Positions 60,245-64,000 of a DNA stretch of 64,000 nt are shown here, in pieces. The DNA comes from Holosporales bacterium (lineage in GTDB: Bacteria; Pseudomonadota; Alphaproteobacteria; UBA3830; JAIRWN01). The notes under the pieces were generated by a model. That model was not told the DNA's origin and did no database searches. It was given only the letters and a program-made list of their open reading frames with translations. The DNA is taken from the NCBI GenBank assembly GCA_031268985.1, contig JAIRWN010000030.1:20485-84484 (forward strand). The letters are read 5' to 3'. The first letter of the stretch is position 1. Every line of letters starts with the position of its first letter. Made by a program: the position numbers and the translations under genes.

Positions 60245-61309
60245 ATGAATAAAGAACCAAAGAAATACAACATTGCGGTAGTTGGCGCTACCGGTAATAT
60301 TGGGGCAAAAACCTTGGATATGCTTGTTGAAAGAAATTTTCCTTACGCAAATATTACAGCTGCAGCGTCTCCAAGGTCGGTTGGCGCAGCGTTAAGACTT
60401 TCGAACGGAGCCGAGGTTAAAATTCGACGAATTGATGACGTTGATTTTGAAAACATCGATATAGCATTTTTCTGTGCAGGGAGTTCGGTTTCATCCGAGT
60501 ATGCCGCTAAAGCTGCAAATATGGGATGCATAGTGATTGACAAGACCTCATTTTTTAGGATGGAGGAAAACATCCCGCTGATAGTCCCAGAAATCAATAT
60601 CGACAGTTTAAGCAACTCAAAAACTTCGCCAAGGGGGATTATATCTTGTCCGAATTGTGTGGCAATTCCGTTAAGTATGGCTTTGTATGCGTTGATTTCA
60701 GGAGGGTTGATTATAAACAATGTTATAGTGTCGACGTACCAATCGGTATCTGGGGCAGGCAGGCAAGCGGTTAAGGTTTTGCGGTCTCAATCTTTGGCCA
60801 TTTTAAACGGCGATAACCAAGAAAAAATATCTTCAACTTTTCCAAGGAAAATGGCGTTTAATGCGATTCCGCAAATAGGCGATATAACTGCTCCCGGCGC
60901 CTATGCAGACGAAGAAGAAAAGATTATGCGGGAGGTGTCAAAAATTATAGATTGCCTTAGCTTCAACATATCAGTAACTTGCGTAAGAATTCCAACATTC
61001 GTTGGGCATGGGGTGTCTGTTTATGTTGAGCTGAACAAAGTCGTTTGCTTGGAAGAGCTTGGCCGAATGTTCAAAAGGTTTCCGGGAATGTCGTTTGATT
61101 CGCGGCGCGATTATATTACTCCTGTCGAGGTAACTAATTGCGATGAAGTTTTTGTCGGTCGCCTTCGCCAAGCCGGCAATGGATATCTGTTTTGGATAGT
61201 TGCTGACAATCTGCGCAAAGGAGCTGCGCTTAACGGAGTGCAAATAGCGGAGCGCCTTATAAAGCTCGACCCCGATCTTTATAAGTTTAGACAAAGAAAA
61301 CAGACATGA
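60245..61309 (+). CDS. asd: Aspartate-semialdehyde dehydrogenase
   Basis: From the ATG at 60245: NIAVVGATGNIGAKTL (NAD(P) fold) and IISCPNCVAI (active-site Cys). The ORF-track N-extension is rejected. Confidence 0.9.
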   Translation: MNKEPKKYNIAVVGATGNIGAKTLDMLVERNFPYANITAAASPRSVGAALRLSNGAEVKIRRIDDVDFENIDIAFFCAGSSVSSEYAAKAANMGCIVIDKTSFFRMEENIPLIVPEINIDSLSNSKTSPRGIISCPNCVAIPLSMALYALISGGLIINNVIVSTYQSVSGAGRQAVKVLRSQSLAILNGDNQEKISSTFPRKMAFNAIPQIGDITAPGAYADEEEKIMREVSKIIDCLSFNISVTCVRIPTFVGHGVSVYVELNKVVCLEELGRMFKRFPGMSFDSRRDYITPVEVTNCDEVFVGRLRQAGNGYLFWIVADNLRKGAALNGVQIAERLIKLDPDLYKFRQRKQT

Positions 61310-62058
61310 AAAACAGTTCAGTAATTGTTATTCCTGCACGGATGGGTTCTGCGCGTTTGCCAAGGAAGCCTTTGGCTGATATCTGCGGAGTCCCTATGAT
61401 TGCGCGAGTGCTTATGCGCGCAAAAGAAGCTGATATTGCCGAAGTTGTTGTCGCTTGTTCCGAACAAGAGGTGGCCGAAGTCGTAAAATCTTACGGTGGG
61501 ACGCCTGTATTGACGGACCCGGCTCTTCCTTCCGGTACGGACAGGGTATATGCCGCCGTAGATTCTTTAAGCAAAAGTTATGACATAGTCGTAAACTTGC
61601 AGGGCGATTTGCCGACGGTTGATAAAGAAACTTTGGCGTCAATCATAAATCTGTTGAAGAACACGTCTGCAGATATGACAACCCCGGGTCTGATCATAAA
61701 AGATGCAGAGGTTGAAAGGTTTAATTCTGTTAACGTAGTAAAAATAGCCGCAAGCATTGCCGAGGGGCAAAAATCCGGACGAGCATTGTATTTCAGCCGA
61801 GCGCCTATACCATACGGCGACGGGCCAAAAATTCAGCATATGGGGATATATGCTTACAGAATTGAAGCTCTTAGAAGATATAAATCATTACCGCAGACGT
61901 TTCTGGAGAAACGCGAAAGGCTTGAGCAGCTTAGGGCGCTGGAAAACGGCATGAACATACAGGTCGCCATTGTGGAAATGGCTCCAATTGAAGTAGATAC
62001 CCAACAAGATCTTGAACAGGCTCGGAATTTCTATAGTAATGTTAAAAATTATTTATGA
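61306..62058 (+). CDS. kdsB: 3-deoxy-manno-octulosonate cytidylyltransferase (CMP-Kdo synthetase)
   Basis: VIVIPARMGSARLPRKPLADICGVPMI, NLQGDLP, and IQHMGIYAYR. Confidence 0.9.
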   Translation: MKNSSVIVIPARMGSARLPRKPLADICGVPMIARVLMRAKEADIAEVVVACSEQEVAEVVKSYGGTPVLTDPALPSGTDRVYAAVDSLSKSYDIVVNLQGDLPTVDKETLASIINLLKNTSADMTTPGLIIKDAEVERFNSVNVVKIAASIAEGQKSGRALYFSRAPIPYGDGPKIQHMGIYAYRIEALRRYKSLPQTFLEKRERLEQLRALENGMNIQVAIVEMAPIEVDTQQDLEQARNFYSNVKNYL

Positions 62059-63017
62059 ACAAGTTAGATGTTATATCAATAGCAAAAAACGTTCTCAAAC
62101 AAGAAGCTGAGGGAATAATAGAAACCGCCAACGCTTTGGACAGACGCTTTTCTGCCGCCGTAGATATGATCATAAAGACAACGGGACGAGTTATATTAAC
62201 CGGAATGGGCAAGCCGGGACATGTTGCCGGCAAAATTGCTTCTACTCTGGCTTCGACAGGAACGCCCGCGTTGTTTGTCCATCCGGCTGAAGCTAATCAT
62301 GGCGATCTCGGGATGATATGTCCGCAGGATACGATAATTATGTTCTCTCTGTCCGGAGAAACTTCTGAACTTATGGGTATGGTAGAATATGTCTGCCGTT
62401 TCGGGATAAAGCTTATTGCCGTAACTGGAAATAAAAACAGCATCCTTGCAAAGTCGGCTAATGTCGCGCTCCTTCTGCCAAAATTGAAAGAGGCTTGCCC
62501 AAACGGCCTCGCCCCGACAACTTCAACTGCAGTGATGCTCGCTTTGGGGGACGCTATGGCCGTAGCGTTGATTAACTGCAGACAATTTAATAAAGAAAAT
62601 TTTAAAACACTTCATCCCGGCGGATCTCTTGGTAAAAAGATGCTGCAGATAAAAGATCTTATGGCTAAAGGAAAGGCGCTTCCATTAGTTAAAAAAGAAA
62701 TGATGATGGATGAAACGCTGATAGAAATGTCGACCAAATCATTTGGATGCGTCGGCATAACTAATGATATTGGCAAACTTATAGGAATAATAACTGATGG
62801 AGATTTGCGTCGTAACATGTCTGACAATTTGCTGAGGCTTACGGCTGAGAAAGTTATGACTCCGGAACCGATAACCATAAATCAAGAAATTATGGCCTTA
62901 GAAGTTGTAAACCTTATGAACGCAAGAAAAATTACGGCTGTTTTTGTGGTTGACGAATTTGGCAAGCCGATCGGCCTTATACATATTCATACATTGCTTG
63001 GGGCGGGCATTGCCTAG
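62055..63017 (+). CDS. kdsD: Arabinose-5-phosphate isomerase (KpsF/GutQ family: SIS plus tandem CBS)
   Basis: GRVILTGMGKPGHVAGKIASTLASTGTPALFVHPAEANHGDLG and the C-terminal CBS pair. Confidence 0.9.
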   Translation: MNKLDVISIAKNVLKQEAEGIIETANALDRRFSAAVDMIIKTTGRVILTGMGKPGHVAGKIASTLASTGTPALFVHPAEANHGDLGMICPQDTIIMFSLSGETSELMGMVEYVCRFGIKLIAVTGNKNSILAKSANVALLLPKLKEACPNGLAPTTSTAVMLALGDAMAVALINCRQFNKENFKTLHPGGSLGKKMLQIKDLMAKGKALPLVKKEMMMDETLIEMSTKSFGCVGITNDIGKLIGIITDGDLRRNMSDNLLRLTAEKVMTPEPITINQEIMALEVVNLMNARKITAVFVVDEFGKPIGLIHIHTLLGAGIA

Positions 63018-63750
63018 ATTATCAAAATGCTCTACATTCGTTTTTGTATTTATCGTTTTTGTATTTACGGTGGCTCATTGTGCTTATAACAATGCAATTG
63101 ACGTCAAGGCCGGCGATATAAAAATTGATCAAAATAATCTTATCATGTCCCTAAAGAACGGAGTGGTTTTTAAATTTAATGACAGCGAAATTATGTCTGA
63201 TGCGGCCACAGCTCGCTTAAACGACGCTAATGATATGTCAAATGCAAGCGAAATAAGTCTCCGCGGAAATGTCCGGGGGTCCCTGTCAAATATCAGCGTG
63301 TCAGGAGATCACGCAAAGTACATTACACGAGAAGGTTCATTGGAATTATCGGGGCGGCCGATTTCCATAACAATACTCAATGCTGATATTTCTGCTAATC
63401 GACTGATATTAAAAAACCTTATCGCGATATTGGAAGGAGGTGTAGTTTTGAAAACGCCGGAATACACAATCACCAGCGAAAAAATGATCGTTCATTTCAT
63501 GAGGCAAAATAATAAAACCTCCCTTAAAAAGGTTGAGTCTGGCGCTAAAGTGGTTGTCGAAACAGAAAAAGCAATTTATACGGCCGATAAGGGAAGGTTT
63601 GAGAACGATGTAGTGCTCCTTTCTGGTAATGTTGTTATCAGAAACGAAAAAAACTGTATTTTGGCAGACGAGGCTGAGCTAAATATTGTAACAGGAGTAC
63701 ATTCAATTAAAGGCGCTAACAATCCTATTAATGCGACTTTTCACAAATAA
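63010..63750 (+). CDS. OstA-fold LPS transport periplasmic protein (LptA/LptC-like)
   Basis: Hydrophobic N-terminus (CSTFVFVFIVFVFTVA) and a beta-rich repetitive body (ADKGRFENDVVLLSGNVVIRNEKNCILADEAELN). Sits between kdsD and lptB. A TTG start at 63010 is assumed, because the ORF-track start lies inside kdsD. Confidence 0.6.
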   Translation: MPRLSKCSTFVFVFIVFVFTVAHCAYNNAIDVKAGDIKIDQNNLIMSLKNGVVFKFNDSEIMSDAATARLNDANDMSNASEISLRGNVRGSLSNISVSGDHAKYITREGSLELSGRPISITILNADISANRLILKNLIAILEGGVVLKTPEYTITSEKMIVHFMRQNNKTSLKKVESGAKVVVETEKAIYTADKGRFENDVVLLSGNVVIRNEKNCILADEAELNIVTGVHSIKGANNPINATFHK

Positions 63751-63752
63751 AG

Positions 63753-64000
63753 ATGAAAGACAAATCTCAAACAGGGTTAGTTGTTAATAAAATATCGAAG
63801 ACCATAGGATTTCGCCGCAAGAAAAAAGTATTGCTGAGCGAAGTGAGCCTTGAAGTCAAGCAAGGTCAGATCGTTGCCCTTTTAGGCCCAAATGGCGCGG
63901 GAAAAACCACCTGTTTTTCGGTAATATGCGGCCTGATAAAAGCAGATTCCGGAAACATATACATCGACGGGAAAGATGTTACTCTTGCCCCTATGTATAA
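63753..64000 (+). CDS. lptB: LPS export ABC transporter ATP-binding protein LptB (3' end outside window)
   Basis: MKDKSQTGLVVNKISKTIGFRRKKKVLLSEVSLEVKQGQIVALLGPNGAGKTTCF. Confidence 0.9.
   Translation, partial: MKDKSQTGLVVNKISKTIGFRRKKKVLLSEVSLEVKQGQIVALLGPNGAGKTTCFSVICGLIKADSGNIYIDGKDVTLAPMY

Noticed and set aside
62944-63009. ORF-track start of the LptA-like gene inside kdsD
   Set aside because: That start would put a 74-nt overlap on the kdsD C-terminus, with no hydrophobic leader until after 63010. The TTG at 63010, directly before the signal-like segment, is more plausible.

Overview
The window reads as a chromosomal segment of a low-GC alphaproteobacterium, probably a reduced or host-associated lineage. 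The lineage call is an inference from gene content: alpha-type tsaE-addB-addA, rph/hrcA/grpE, DUF2948, an RcdA-like gene and a HemY-like gene.

Most of the window is housekeeping:
- Replication and repair: gyrB, recO, dnaX-ybaB with an SRP RNA upstream, recF, dcd, rnhB, a family-4 UDG.
- Stress and translation: rph, hrcA-grpE, ychF, spoT/rsh-acpS-lepB, two ABC-F ATPases, rpsA, rpmJ.
- Ribosomal cluster: tRNA-Trp-secE-nusG-rplKAJL.
- Envelope and secretion: PBP1A, secA, asd, kdsB-kdsD-lptA-like-lptB.
- RNA genes recognised by eye: three tRNAs (Leu-UAA, Val-CAC, Trp-CCA) and the SRP RNA.

Five regions are accessory or decayed:
1. Nt 1-9823 is a tightly packed, visibly AT-richer surface-polysaccharide block. 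It carries the gene triad of the Campylobacter O-methyl-phosphoramidate (MeOPN) pathway: a PEP-utilising-type kinase, a GATase-like hydrolase and a LicC-like cytidylyltransferase, next to a methyltransferase. It differs from the Campylobacter version in having an extra fused cytidylyltransferase-like domain, an internal G9 tract, and no Cj1415-type kinase.
2. Nt 35134-39403 is a roughly 1420-codon DUF4011/Upf1-like SF1 helicase fused to a DUF559/Vsr-like endonuclease, which I recall as the Hhe-like single-gene defence architecture. Three frameshifts break it, two of them in C7 and T7 homopolymers.
3. Next to it, addA stops right after the helicase core with no nuclease domain. addB appears to have lost its nuclease aspartate and its Fe-S cysteines.
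4. Nt 15057-16152 is an orphan spacer of about 1.1 kb with one self-contained small gene.
5. Further decay: a degraded methyltransferase, a frameshifted ogt translationally coupled to alkA, and a phage terminase fragment next to tRNA-Trp.

I saw no CRISPR array, no rRNA and no intact transposase. All functional calls come from reading motifs in the supplied translations. No database search was run.
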